A stretch of DNA of 64,000 nt from contig NW_026782003.1 of the NCBI RefSeq assembly GCF_031769215.1, positions 1 through 64,000 on the forward strand. The letters are read 5' to 3'. The notes under the pieces are model-generated. The model saw only the letters and a list, made by a program, of their open reading frames with translations. It ran no database searches and was not told where the DNA came from. Below are positions 1 to 13,612 of this stretch, one piece after another (positions within the stretch are counted from its first letter, which is position 1; every line of letters starts with the position of its first letter). A program made the position numbers and the translations under genes. The DNA is from Ylistrum balloti. Taxonomy: Eukaryota.

Positions 1-3000
1 CCATACCAGTGTCTCAGAAGGCATGATGTCGATGAAACGTGAGTCAAACTTCCATCATCTGTTACGCACTGATATTGGTATTCCGTCGGTCATAAATTAC
101 CCTATTAACAGTGCAATAACATCTATTGCATAAGTTTTTGTTATGACGGTGCAGAAGCGAAGCTGACAGATTCCATTTATTCCATTGTCACGTCGTTGTT
201 TTCATATGTATTTTATAAGTATACCATCCCCCTATCAACAACTAAACTACAGATAAACAATCTTCGAAAAATCAAGTTTGAATTTAATGTAAATATATAT
301 CAGATATGAATGAAGTCAATAGAACTACTTGCTAATGATTCAAAACGATGCTTTGTAAATAAATTATATCAGTGTCACACTATATGTGAAAAAAGGGTTT
401 CATTAGAGGAACCATTTTGTTTAAGACGTTGAAAAATATTGATTTCTATGACATAATACCAGATGTAACGTTATATGAATCATTCGCTTGGTCAGAAATG
501 AATGCTTTCGAATCGGTTTCTGTTAGATTATCGGGACCACCCCTGCATCAGAACCTGTGAAGTTAACTCTCCAATGGTCTGTGAATATGATTTCCAAGCC
601 GAAACCTTCTACACTCTGACCAAGGCGTGCCGTGACTGTCCTCACAACATCACGGACTGTTACAGACCCGGGTGTATCCCAGCTGACGGTAATTCCCGGG
701 CAATCCTTGTCGTCAACAGGATGTTGCCGGGACCAGCCATACATGTAAGGCAGTGTTTGGTTGTATATTTGCTTTAAGGATTTTTACTACAATTGTATCA
801 CTTCATCCGTTGTCAAATGATAGAATCTAAATTTATATATATATATATATATAAAACATAGCTGAGGTGTGGTAATTAAAAATTATCAGAAATATTAAAA
901 AAAACTATGTCAGTTCTGCAGAAATTTGTTATAAAAACATTCTAGAGTAGTGAAGTGATACAAAAAATAAACCCTTCCTTAAGCAAGTAATATTTATTGA
1001 AATTAGGAATAGGAATTGATTGTTTAAACTTCTGGTACAATGGTTTTATTGATTTGTGGCAATATATTTTCGTGCTGTCGTATCGACCTAGAACTCGATC
1101 AGATTGTCTTTACGTATGACTGTCTGTCAACTTAGTCTCTTTATGTCGTATCGACCTAGAACTCGATCAGATTGTCTTTACGTATGACTGTCTATCAACT
1201 TAGTCTCTTTATGTCGTATCGACCTAGAACTCGATCAGATTGTCTTTACGTATGACTGTCCATCAACTTAGTCTCTTTATGTCGTATCGACCTAGAACTC
1301 GATCAGATTGTCTTTACGTATGACTATCTGTCAACTTAGTCTCTTTATGTCGTATCGACCTACAACTCGATCAGATTGTCTTTACGTATGACTGATTGTC
1401 AACTTAGTCTCTATATATGTCATATCGACCTAGAACTCGATCAAATTGTCTCTACGTATGACTGTCTATCAACTTAGTCCCGATATATGTCGTATCGACC
1501 TACAACTCGATCAGATTGTCTTTACCTATGACTGACTATCATCTTATATGTCGTATCGACCTACAACTCGATCAGATTGTCTTTACCTATGACTATCTGT
1601 CAACTTAGTCCATATATTTGTCGTATCGACCTACAACTCGATCAGATTGTCTTTAGGTATGACTATCAACTTAGTCTCTTTATGTCGTATCGACCTAGAA
1701 CTCGATCAGATTGTCTTTACGTATGACTGTCTGTCAACTTAGTCCATATATTTGTCGTATCGACCTAGAACTCGATCAGATTGTCTTTACGTATGACTGT
1801 CTATCAACTTAGTCTCTTTATGTCGTATCGACCTACAACTCGATCAGATTGTCTTTACGTATGACTGTCTATCAACTTAGTCCCTATATATGTCAATTTA
1901 TTTATCTAAAAATCATTGGATTTAATGCAGACTCACTATAAAGTTCATGCTATGTTGAAGGTTTGTGAGGGAGACACTGTAATGGTTAATGTTCATAACA
2001 AAATGAATGGAATGGGTATGTCAATTCATTGGCACGGTATCCTACAGCGAGGCAGCCCTCACATGGACGGGGTTGGTATGCTTACCCAGTGCCCCATACA
2101 CGACTTCGCTACATTTCAATATCGGTAAGGCAATCATCCATAAGGTACCATTTATGAGGTACCAATCTCGTATATCAGCATCGGTAGGTCAGCTGTAAAT
2201 AGCAGGCATTGTTTTTACCATTAAATGCATCGATAGTTTCAATGTTGGTTCCGTTGATGTATGCCATATTCTATTTAAGAATGCGATATCATTTTCTTGG
2301 ATCTACCAAGTTTTACAAATGGCAGGTGTCGATGAAGTAGAAGACGCTTACTCTTCAAGAATGCCTGGTCTTATTTTCCTTGGGTTTTTTTTCAGAAGTC
2401 TCCGTTTTGTTAATGTTTTCCCATAGTTTTTTTCATTTGAGTTTTGATGAAGATTATGGTAAAAATTGGTATTTTTCTCTAAAAAATCATTATATTATTG
2501 AATATGGCGATATGTTTTCGTGACATTTTTCAATAAATTATAATCGTCCACAAACTTCAGTTAAAAGTTATGCAACGATCAAATTTACAACTGAATTGTA
2601 TTTCATTCTACAGATTTACAGTTAGCGATCCTGGAACCCACTTTTGGCACGGACATTCAGGACAACATCGCTCTGATGGAATATTTGGAGCCTTTGTTGT
2701 TCGACAGGCTCCAGAACGCGAGTTCCATCACGGTGTCTATGACTACGACTTACCCGAACATACCATGCTCGTCAACGATTGGTTGATGGAATTAACTCTA
2801 GATCGTTTTGCCAATCACCATCAAGCTCACGGTGACAATAAGCCGGCTTCAATGCTTATTAATGGTTATTTCACTTATTACTTCATTCGATTGCATTTAA
2901 GAACTTCTCCAATTATTGTGTTATCATTTTGTTTTCCTTATAGAAGTCATTAATCCAAAACTTTGCATTATAATTTGCATTTTCTACTCGTGAAAATTAA

Positions 3001-6000
3001 AAATGAAAGTGTCATAAGCATATAGATGTATAAGGATGCATTATTTTGAAATCTTGTGTGTAATCGAATTGAATCACGAATGATAAAATATTAATACCTT
3101 ATTCTATTAAGCGTATATATATATATATATCATTCTTAAGTTCATAGACAAATATGCAAAAGCACACCACAAAGTGAGAGAACATGGAAAAGGTGTTTCA
3201 ATGTGCTTTATAGTATTATTAACCATTTAGAAAATTAATATTTGATGTATTTAACAATTTCGGGTGCTTACATGGCGTGTATTGGAGATAAATAGAATGA
3301 AACATATGTTGGTAAATTTATGTGGGGTAATGGATATTCTACTCGAACATTGTTCAAAAGACACAAAAGTGAATGGTACCTTTTCATGCAAATTTGGAGT
3401 AAAATTAACGTCTTTCTAGGCTAAGGCTTTGTCTCGGTTCTGAATCCAAATTCTATACCCAAAGGTATATTACCCAACATTCCACATACCAATATATGGT
3501 TGACTGTTTTTCTCCCATCTCTTACACAAATATTTGATAATTTGAAAAAATACACAATGTTTTCTAAAGAACTGCTGTGCTGGATATAGGATGCTTTCTC
3601 TTACATACATATAAGGTAAAGCCATATTAGAAAAAAAACCCACACAGGAACTTGTGTAATGACTTATTTTGTTTATGAGATGGAGATGACAAATCGTCAT
3701 AACCAAGCAAGCAATCCTAGGACGGGATTATGATTTTTGACGTCATAATGTAACTTCTCATGTCAATGTGACATCAGCATGACAAAGTGGGTGTCCACAT
3801 GAGATATACGTATCTCACAAAGGTAGAGATAGGAGCGTAATAAATCCTTCATTATTTTTTTTTTTATCGACCACAATAGTTACGTTAATATTGCTATTTC
3901 CAATATCGACAGAGTACCTGAATAGATATTAATATTTCGTCTTTATTAATTATTCTATTAAGGAAGAGGAGCTCATCGTGTTTTCTACAACAGTGAACGA
4001 AGTGAGAATATCACAACACCATATGAAGTGTTTAATGTTGAGCACGGGCGGCGCTACAGGTTCCGGATAATAAGCAATGGTATATTGAACTGTCCAATAC
4101 AGTTATCCGTTGACAACCATACACTTCGCGTTATCAGCAGTGACGGTAATCCATTCCAACCTATCGACGTTGAAAGTATCAATATATTCGCCGGTGAGCG
4201 GTTTGATGTGGTCATTCTAGCCGATCAGCCTATGGACAATTATTGGGTCAGGGCGCGGGGACAAGCTGATTGTGGTGTAAAAAGTGCCTACCAACAAGCT
4301 ATCCTCCGTTACAGTGGTGCAGTCGAGGGGTTACCGACTCGTCCAATAGGACACCAGTTTGGAGACAGAGAAGGAAAGGTGAAATCATGTCCATTAAACA
4401 TCTAATGATAAGGGAAACATATGTGATTTATTAAGCTTATTTCCTGTAATGGACAGACAGTTAGAATCAAGCTTTATTCAAATTCTTTTATTATCAACAA
4501 TCACATTGAATACTAGACAAAAGCACCTGCTTCTCTTCTTTTACTTTCCCCCCTTGTCTTACTTCAATAACAAATTATCATTATTACGAAAAAATTACAT
4601 CAGATAGTAAGAGCTTTGGAATCTTGCATATTGCTATATTTTTATATATACAAATTAGGTTAATTAACTTAAGAATATGTAAGTAGTATTGTTCTTAAAT
4701 TTATGAATGGTCTGTCCTGTTTTCAGAAACTCAATCCATGGAATAAAAAAGCAACTGATATGCTGGTACCAGTGACGCATCTTGACAATATGCGTCCGTC
4801 AAACAAAGCACTTCAGGAAACACCTGACAAGAAGTTCTACCTCACAATGGACTTTAACAACATCGACAACTATAACTTCTATGTAGGGCCTGAGTATGTT
4901 TCCCCTTCCACTGTCGTGGAGGCATACAACCATTTATTGTCACCGCAGATAAATCATATCAGCAATACCCTGCCACCTTCCCCTCCTCTGACACAATTCC
5001 ATGACATACCACAGGTATCCATTTTTTTATATCAATTGTAATTCTTTATTGAAATTCTACGTCATACGATGAGTACGGAGGGGTGAGAGAGAATGTTAAT
5101 ATTGGAATTATCATTTGGTACATCACAATAATCCTGATTGTAAAATGTAAGATTAAATGAGGTATTCATTTTCTTAATATCATCATCAGGATATTTAGTA
5201 TCTTTTCATGATTAATTATATCCTTTTCTTCGGAAAAGAACCATGTAAAAGTATATTTTTGTTGGTTTGATCAATGACATTGTCGTTAAAGTTTATACTC
5301 ATAAATATACATCTTTCAATAGAAATTTAGAATGGATTATATGTTAGCAAATAGCGACTTAATCTACATCATACAGCTGAACTCGCCATTGCTTGTATTG
5401 GCATGCAGGCTAGGAAAGTTGAGTTCATCAGCAAAGCCAACCATCTACCAGTCTCAAAAACTGTACTAGGTACACAAATAGGTGACTCTTCAATAGAAAG
5501 TTATCCATGCAATTTATTTATATAAATGGGGTTGTATATAGAATAGCCAGTGCGAAATCGTTTCAATTTAACCGCCACTAAATATGAAGTACATGAAGCT
5601 TGTTGAAATTTTATTCCTTCTAACTCGATTTACTATAAGATTCAACAGTGTTCTCGTTTTAGCTATGTGTTTCACTCAAACAACAATCAAGTCACTGATT
5701 TTATTCTAAACGGAGGAAACCTGATCGCACTAAATACGTTATCATTACCATGACAAAGGTGACAAAATTATTTGGTTAACTCTGTACGAATGCATGACCA
5801 GGTATGTAGGTTGATGATAGCTAAATTCGCATTAAGACCTTAAAGGACTCAATCGTCATGGTGTGATCGTTATATTGATAAGATGTTTTGAATAACCTTT
5901 TGACCCGTGAACATTAATAAACATATAGTAAATAAGTTGTTTACTATGTTTGCAGGAGATGTTCTGTAATACTGACACTGTGAAAAAGAATTGCTCCGAG

Positions 6001-7818
6001 GAATTTTGTGAATGTATTCACACACTAAAGGTGGACCTGGGTGACACTGTAGAGTTTATAGTCATCGATGAAGGAAAGATCTGGGATGCCAATCATCCAA
6101 TGCATCTTCACGGTCATAAGTTTAGGGTGATTGGCATGGATAGGGTGTGTATATCAACACTGTATAAAATGTAAACACACATGTGTATCTTTACCTGTAT
6201 CACAGAATAATGTCTATGTTTAAAGTGAACCACTTAAAAATAAAGGATATTTTACAAAATAATTAGCTAGTAAACATAATCTAAACCATTATCTAATTAC
6301 ATTTTAAATCAATATCCTTTCTATTTTGTTTATATCAAGGAAAATTAAACAGTTAAAAATTTAGTGATATTTTTAGTCAGCAAAGTTTCGTAACTTTTGG
6401 TTGTAAATGAAAATCTGACGCATCATTATATTTTTTCATTTCATTCTTTCCTAAGTATTTGTCATTTTACATCAACAATGTTTATGTTGTAAATTATGTA
6501 TTTTCCAGCTCAACAAATCTACGACCCTTGAGGAGGTAAAACGTCTGGACAATGAAGGAAAGCTGATCAGAAACTTGACGTCTCCTGTTGATAAAGACAC
6601 AGTTACCGTTCCAGATGGTGGTTATGTCATCCTCCGAGTCCATGCCAACAATCCAGGTACTCATCCCACTGATCAGCAAAAATGTGAAATAATAAAGGGG
6701 TCATTGATTTATCAATTTTAAGTATTCTCTCAGTATTAGCAAAGAAAACACATGAAGTTTTTGTTTGACGAATTCGATGGAACAATTTCCGAATAAACAC
6801 GTTCATTTACAGATTTAAAACAAAAATAATTGTCAGCATTTCGAGATGTTATTGTTCATATATAAACAAAGACTTTTAATTGATAGGTTAGCAAAGTCTG
6901 TGTCATACTTAAAATGCAGCTTTACCAAAGTAGTGTCATGTAAATGTTCTTTTGGTGGCAATCTCATTACTTTCTGACAAACTTTAATTTTGTTATAGCA
7001 ATACTATAGAGAATATATGGTCAGTGTCTTTAAATATAAGCTGTATTTTGCCGCGAAAGGAAGAAAGACTGAAAGAAGTTGTCAGCCTTTGAGGAACCAC
7101 TTTTGTCTTTCTCTCCCGAGCCAAAATGCAGCTTATATCTTAAGACACTGGCTATGTATTCTACTTATCCTGCAACACTTCTTGAAAATTCAGACTATAA
7201 TCAGTGTGTTAGGTCTATTCAATCTTTGTTTACCTGACGTTCACGTTACCTGATTGTGCCTGATGACACACGTCAAAATAATTACTCCGCACGTAAATCT
7301 AGTTTCACAATTCAATGGATATAAAATGCAAATTTATGATTTTATGTGGAAAAAAGTCGTCTTTGATAAAACAAATAAAATCGCTTATTTGATCTGTTAT
7401 TTCTTTTCTAAAATGAAATATCTAAGGTAATCAGAAAACAAATTAATACCGAATACCGCAAAAAAAATTGCATTTCGGCAAAGGAAGAGCAGTTGCAAGA
7501 TAAAATTGTATACATTCTTGAATCAAAAATAAAGTAAAGTGACACACTACGACTCTATAAAGCAGTAATTTCTCTATTTCAGGATTTTGGTTTATGCACT
7601 GTCACATTGAGTTTCATGCCAACATTGGAATGGGAGTTGTGATTCAGGTCGGCGATTTCGACCAGATGCCCTCTCCTCCCGCCAACTTTCCCCGGTGTGG
7701 GAGCTGGTCATATACATCGCCAACACCTGTACCTCCTGTTACAGGCGTTGCATCCTCTGTCCATTTCAGTCTTGCGAGTGTGATGACCATGCTCTTGCTT
7801 CACTTAATTAAAGCGTAA
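1..7818 (+). CDS. Laccase / multicopper oxidase, multi-exon, 5' end outside the window
   Basis: Phase-consistent GT-AG exons: <1..38 (inferred), 527..744, 1961..2124, 2614..2864, 3963..4378, 4727..5014, 5956..6144, 6509..6656, 7583..7818 (stop TAA). Cu motifs are HWHG, HFWHGH, HPMHLHGH and HCHIEFHANIGM (Met axial ligand). The N-terminal Cys-rich region is typical of invertebrate laccases. Confidence 0.95.
1076..1894. repeat. ~68-bp minisatellite, ~12 copies, in the laccase intron between exons 527..744 and 1961..2124
   Basis: Unit TGTCGTATCGACCTAGAACTCGATCAGATTGTCTTTACGTATGACTGTCTGTCAACTTAGTCTCTTTA repeated with small indels. Confidence 0.95.
2310..2420 (+). mobile_element. Short fragment related to the Penelope-like element at 11130..11600
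   Basis: 2323..2356 (CAGGTGTCGATGAAGTAGAAGACGCTTACTCTTC) aligns by eye with the minus strand of ~11169..11203 (CGTATTGTCTATGAAGCAGAAGGCATTTACCCTTC). Confidence 0.4.
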
Positions 7819-10800
7819 TCAATCTCAAGAGACAGAGCAAAAGTACACTATACTGGGAATCATTCGTCCAAGGTGTTTTCACCCTCTTCGTCCAGGTTTT
7901 TAATTTTCCATAAGTTTCATTTTTGACTAGTTTTACATTCGCTCTAAAAAGTTACATTTAAATTCTAATTCTACTGTTTCAGAACCTTTTTGCCCAATAG
8001 AGAAAGGCAGGTAATGGGTGAAAACTAAATTACTGTGACAGTTTCCGAGTACATAGTATATACTTACTAACAAAGTGCAATTTCGTTCGTTTACTTAAAC
8101 AAGGTCCGATTTATATATACAGTTTGCTGATTTGTATATCATTATCTATCTTATTATAAAAGGTCAATAATCAAATTAGCTTTTCGGTATAATATTGTGA
8201 TACATTTGATGGTAAGCGCAGCGGTGATATTTTTTTATTTCTTACTTTGACAAAGTACTTGTTCTGTTATAAAATAGTTGCTGTTAAATAATGTTTTCAG
8301 AATCCATTTGAGAATAATTTTGAGATTTGATTTGTTAAAATGTTTAAGAGTCATGGCTTGTGGATCAGTATGTATGAAGTTATGACACGTGATTCATCAG
8401 TAATACAGTAAATCATGATATCTTTGCTGGGTATACATGTCACGTGACGTCGGCTGTTCAGTAGATTTTGAGAAAAAAACATCTTCCAAATGACTAAGAC
8501 TTTATGAACTATAACCTCAGCTCAGTAGCTTGTTGATCATGCTGAACTACATTGATTTGTTTTAAACTTAATAATTCAAAGCTTCACTTCTAACTTTCTA
8601 ACGTGAATTTATCGTGAACGGTGCCATCTTAGGTTTGTATTTTAGAATCCACAAAGTTTTAATTGGTTAAACGAGCTACTAGCAGAATGTACGAGATGAA
8701 AGTCAAGGATTTCGGAAATTGCAGATACGAAATACTTGACGGTGTAACTGATAGTATTTTGGCTTACATCGGTGTATATTTGTAATGCAGTTTAAGCATG
8801 ACTCCGTTCTCTTGTATAATTGGTGTAATATTAACAGATAAATTTGATAAGGTAGGTTGTTGTCAACCAATCTGGAATTTATTTAACTTATGTTATATTT
8901 GAATATCTGTTAAATCTGATTAAGTTTATTTCTACATATATATAACCAGTATTGTAGAATGACATTTATTTTTTATACTGTATTATTTTCATTTTGATTT
9001 ACAATTCCTTGGAAGTCAATCCTTTAAACTCCTGATTGATATATCATTATAGATTATAGATATAGCCAGTGATTATTTTATGTAACGTCTTAACACCAAC
9101 TGCCGGGTTTTTTTTTTTTTTTTTTTTTTGTTCTTGTTCTTGCTTTCAAATGCACCCCTATATCAGGATAAAATTCCAATACAATATACTGAAATATCTT
9201 GAATATACATATATCTATATATAAATGGAGACTCGCCTTTTGAAAACAAACTGACACTTGGTTCTTTCTTTGTATGAATTTTAATGAATTGTAATTTTAG
9301 TTCATATTTTGTTGAATACAGTTTAAATGCCTGTATTTCTTTTATCAATATGATTTTTATTTGTTTCCAAAGGCAATTGTGAATACCAACAAAGACATAG
9401 GATGTAATAAGTAACATTTTAGAAGGTTTTTAACAGGTTTATTTATAAATCATAAAAACAATGCGATATTATTACTCGTGTTCTAATGAAAGTAACACAC
9501 TGTACATATTTCAAAACATTTTTTTTTAGTTTTTTTTATTTTACATGAATACATTTTCTCATTTCTCTTAAAAAGAGAACGATCATATAACTATACCAAT
9601 GCAACGGATGGGACGAAATAAGACAAAAAAATAGCTCGAGGAAAATTCAATCATCATCAGAAAACGATATTACTTGTTATGCCCTATACATATTTTCCAT
9701 TGGTTCATCATCAATGTAGGATATTCTAATATGAGTTTTAGGCATTTTTTTCTATAATTATTGAAACTTGAAATTGATTCCGAATCAGGTGGTTAAATAG
9801 TATTAATAAAATTTGTACATCATGTTGGAAGCAAATCAATATGCAACACGTGTCATCGTCACAGTTCATACCACCTCTTAAAGTAGCAAGGTGACGACAT
9901 TTGTCTTAGCAATTAGCTAGTATAGTTGGAAAGCATCTAGTGTTTATTTATTGTCACACGCTGCAAATGTGTCAGTAATCAGATCATTGTTATAAGTCAT
10001 GTTGATGTTTGCATATATATTGTGCATTACAATACAAATCGACTATGTGAGGTATCACGATTTTATGTTTGGTCATTAGTTTTATATGCTAATACCTGTA
10101 TGTTTATTTATACGGAATCATTATTGACTGCTAATAACGAAGAAGGACGTCATTAAAAATATAACAAATAAAGTTTGATGTAAAATTTATGTCTGTCAAG
10201 ATATACAGTTTTTTATCAATTGTATTTTGATTTTTAAGACGAATATCCAAAACAATTATCTTTATGATAATGAAGTCCATATTGGTCGGACCTCCAACAT
10301 GATTTTAGCAATGTGGCACATGTATTTGACGTTATTCTAGGATGAGAAGATATATGTGAAATATATGTAAATATATATGTAATTCAAGGAACTATGCGGC
10401 TTTGACCTTAGCTACCTCCCAGTCTTCAAACTTTATGCTGACAAGTTTTAAAATGACAAAACTGATGCAATTTAATTGATTATATGGCTCTACTGTATCT
10501 AACTCTAAATTTATGTCAGAATGTGTTATCACTTGTAAGAAATGTATTATTATCATACTATGATGTCAAGCAACCCGTTGTTTTGTATTGAATTACACTA
10601 TATGCAGAGTTTTATAATACTGAAAAGCATTGCCTTCCCTAGAATATCCCCATTGATGTCAGTGACATATTCACATTTCTGGCTCTACCTACCGTTGTAT
10701 TCAGATATAAGTACACCGCATGTATTTCAGTAAACTGCGACGAGTGTACAAAAGAAACACAAATAAATGGCACTTTATAATACAAATGTATAGTTAGAAG

Positions 10801-10825
10801 CAAAAGAGCCAAAATAGAATAAACT

Positions 10826-10869
10826 GCATCATTCAGTAGTTTCGTCCTCCTAGGACTCGTCCGTGATGC
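10826..10869 (-). ncRNA. Degenerate minimal type I hammerhead ribozyme (probably inactive relic)
   Basis: Minus strand reads GCATCA-CGGACGA-GTCCT-AGG-AGGAC-GAAA-C-TACT-G-AA-TGATGC. Stem I (GCATCA/TGATGC) and stem II (GTCCT/AGGAC) pair perfectly. The core deviates at CUGA>CGGA and at the UH site (AA). Confidence 0.65.
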
Positions 10870-11129
10870 TAAGTCGAACGTTTGAAGCCAAGAAGGCGAC
10901 TAAGGAAAAACTAAAGTAATCGAAAAAATACAGTAAACACAACAGAGCGTTTCAGTCGGGTAATTCAATCTTCATTTAATGTCAGTGACCCCATGTTTAC
11001 GTTTAAGATTACTTCTGATCTGCTAGATAATGTTTGCGCCTACACGTATACTTTGTATTGTTACAACGTGGGAATTTATATTTAAATGTTAGGAGTGACT
11101 GGTACACAGAATAAGACGTGGACGTACTA

Positions 11130-11600
11130 TTTACAACTCTTTTGTACAATTATGTCTATATACAGAAAGGAAGGGTAAATGCCTTCTGCTTCATAGACAA
11201 TACGTGTCGTATTTATATCGGAACAAGGCCAATAACAAAGAAAACATCGAAAACATTTTATAATGCACAAGAACACGAAAATGGTGACCGTAAACTTCCC
11301 CACAGGCTTCATCAACTTGTATCTCTGGGATCTTCACGCTTCTGTCAATTGTCAACATCTTTCACGGCAATCGTGATAATGGAAACAAGACCTTAACAGC
11401 CGAACTACTTTCGACACGTGAACAACATATCTTAGGGAAGCAGTCTTCTTACAATCAAGAAACGGAAAATACACAATAGGGAAGTCAGAATCATCATCAT
11501 TAGCATACGGCTTTGTTAGTTTAGATGAAGGTAAAGATCGAGATAGGAGGCTGATGCCTAGACATCGATTTCTAATTCCGCTTTGCCTATACCATAAACA
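11130..11600 (-). mobile_element. Penelope-like retroelement relic (RT C-terminal/thumb region), frameshifted
   Basis: Minus-strand peptides SASYLDLYL and TKPYANDDDSDFPIVYFPFLDCKKTASLRYVVHVSKVVRLLRSCFHYHD resemble the recalled PLE-type consensus SASYLDL..TKLYDKRDDFNFPIVNFPFL.SNIP..PAYGVYISQLIRY.RAC. Stops and frameshifts are present. Confidence 0.7.
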
Positions 11601-12975
11601 GAGGAAGTCCACCTTCAGAACTAGCCATCCTCAATCTCGAACCTTACTGAAGGCACACAAGTACCTTTCAATACAGAACAATTCATGACAATGCACCATA
11701 CGTCCTTTTGTAAAGGGCCATGTTATTCTGACTCCCCGTTGCCATTTTGATGATGAACACAAGTACGAAGCTTTAGCAGTATCATTGAGTAGCAATAATA
11801 ACGAATTGTTGGCTTATTAATTGTATGTTGGGGTTGCAGACATTTTGCTTTATTTGAATTATTCAGTTGTTAAATATAACAAAGAAAAATACATGTAGAG
11901 TCTAGTGACCTCAGTTTTAACAAATATTGTATATTTCAAGTGTGTTGCTACATGTATCAAATAAACTTGATGGTAAATTGCCCGATTTCGATATTGACTG
12001 TTTAGATACAATGTAACTCGATCGTCCCTGATCAAACTCATGAAATAAAATTTACTACCGACTATATCATTCAATAATTTTAACTACCTTAAACTTGTTT
12101 CACAACGTGTATGCCGTAATGTTCACAATAATCCTTAGTTATATTTGATCGTAATGTTGCAAGGATGTATTCCGTTGACGTGAATCAGAGCTTTTTTGTG
12201 CTGTGTAGTATGAATGATTTAATTATGAAGGTAAGATTGAAGTTTTATACAAAGTGCATTTACCGACATATTAGGATAATCATTCATAAACACGACCATT
12301 ACGGATATTACTTTCATACATAGGTACATATTACACTTGCTACATTTCAATTTTAGGATTTCCACGACTCCGAAGACATATTGGATTTAGGTAGGTTTTT
12401 CTACGTTTGACGTAATGTTTAGGTGAATGGATACAATGCTAACCGTTTAATCAAGAGTCACCATGTTAGTGGGGTGAATCAGTTCTTAACTCGGACAGAT
12501 ACTGTTTCATACGGTAGTGATGACATGAAGATTAATGTATTGGAAAGAAAGGGAAATTATATGTAACAAAATGCAGCTTGTCAAATAAATAAATTCAGCA
12601 AAAAATAATTTCACTGTACATTAATGGTTATAGAGCTCATCAATAACTATTGGGATTTTTCCCTTTTTTTGGGGGGGGTGTTCTTATATATGCTATTAAG
12701 TATAAAAAGATGCTTCTAAAGTAAATATGTAGAACTCACAGATAAATATGACTACCGTAATGTTTTCTTTCATATGACAGCTGAGAACGTATGGAAAACG
12801 GCATAGATATTACATTTTTACAAGCATGTGTATGAAAGAAATAAAACCAACATCCTCTTCGAATGACGGTTGCTATAAAAGTTTTTCAGTTCTATCGAAA
12901 GATGAATATGACATAGTATCAAAATGGATATTTGCACAAAACATGTAGGCTAACATACATTTTACCATTTTGTAG

Positions 12976-13612
12976 GCAACGAGACGATACTTTCCTATGT
13001 TGTTTTGCTCTTGGTGGTTACTTGCCTTTTCAGTCTATCGGATCATTAAGTCGTGCAAAGTGAGTGTATGAATTTCCCTCCTAAGATCAAGCTAGATGCT
13101 GCCGCTAGCTGGGTTTCTTGTTTATGTTCTAAATGACGAAGTGCCAGCTTCTTAATTGTCACAGCTGATGAATATATATATATATATATACAAGACATGA
13201 ATACCTACATCCATGGATAACATTTCTATCATTGTATCTTCAGTTATTTCGTTGTCTTTCAAACTTTTGGAATGCGATCTTAAGAAAGAAGATAAATGTG
13301 ATAAATGGGAGACAAGGAATACCAGCATTGAACGTTCAGCCTTTACAATGCTTCCATTCTTTAATACATTGTTACAAATTGAATGAATTAATAGTTATTA
13401 TTTCTTATGTATCTATCAATTTGTCAGAAAATTCCTGTGTATGGGTCGGTAAGGTGAACTCCTCTACCCTTGGTAATGTGTCTTTTTTGATGATTTCTAC
13501 AACCTCACCAAAGGCTGTTGTGATTGCCCCCACAATGTCACACACTGCCACAGTCATCAACAGATTCCAGCCGACGGTAATCTACAGGATGTTGCATGGA
13601 GCAGACTTACAA
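12976..13612 (+). pseudogene. Decayed 5' part of a laccase paralog (remnants of the signal-peptide exon and the Cys-rich exon)
   Basis: 13428..13612 encodes, across frameshifts, SCVWVGKVNS / FYNLTKGCCDCPHNVTHCHSHQQIPADGN / RMLHGADLQ. The intact exon 527..744 has PCIRTCEVNS / FYTLTKACRDCPHNITDCYRPGCIPADGN / RMLPGPAIH. 12976..13059 encodes a hydrophobic stretch ILSYVVLLLVVTCLFSLS with an in-frame TAA (13047..13049) and a phase-1 GTGAGT donor like the one at 39. Confidence 0.8.

Noticed and set aside
10640-10700. PIDVSDIF resembling laccase PIDVESINIF
   Set aside because: The match is too short and the flanks do not align.
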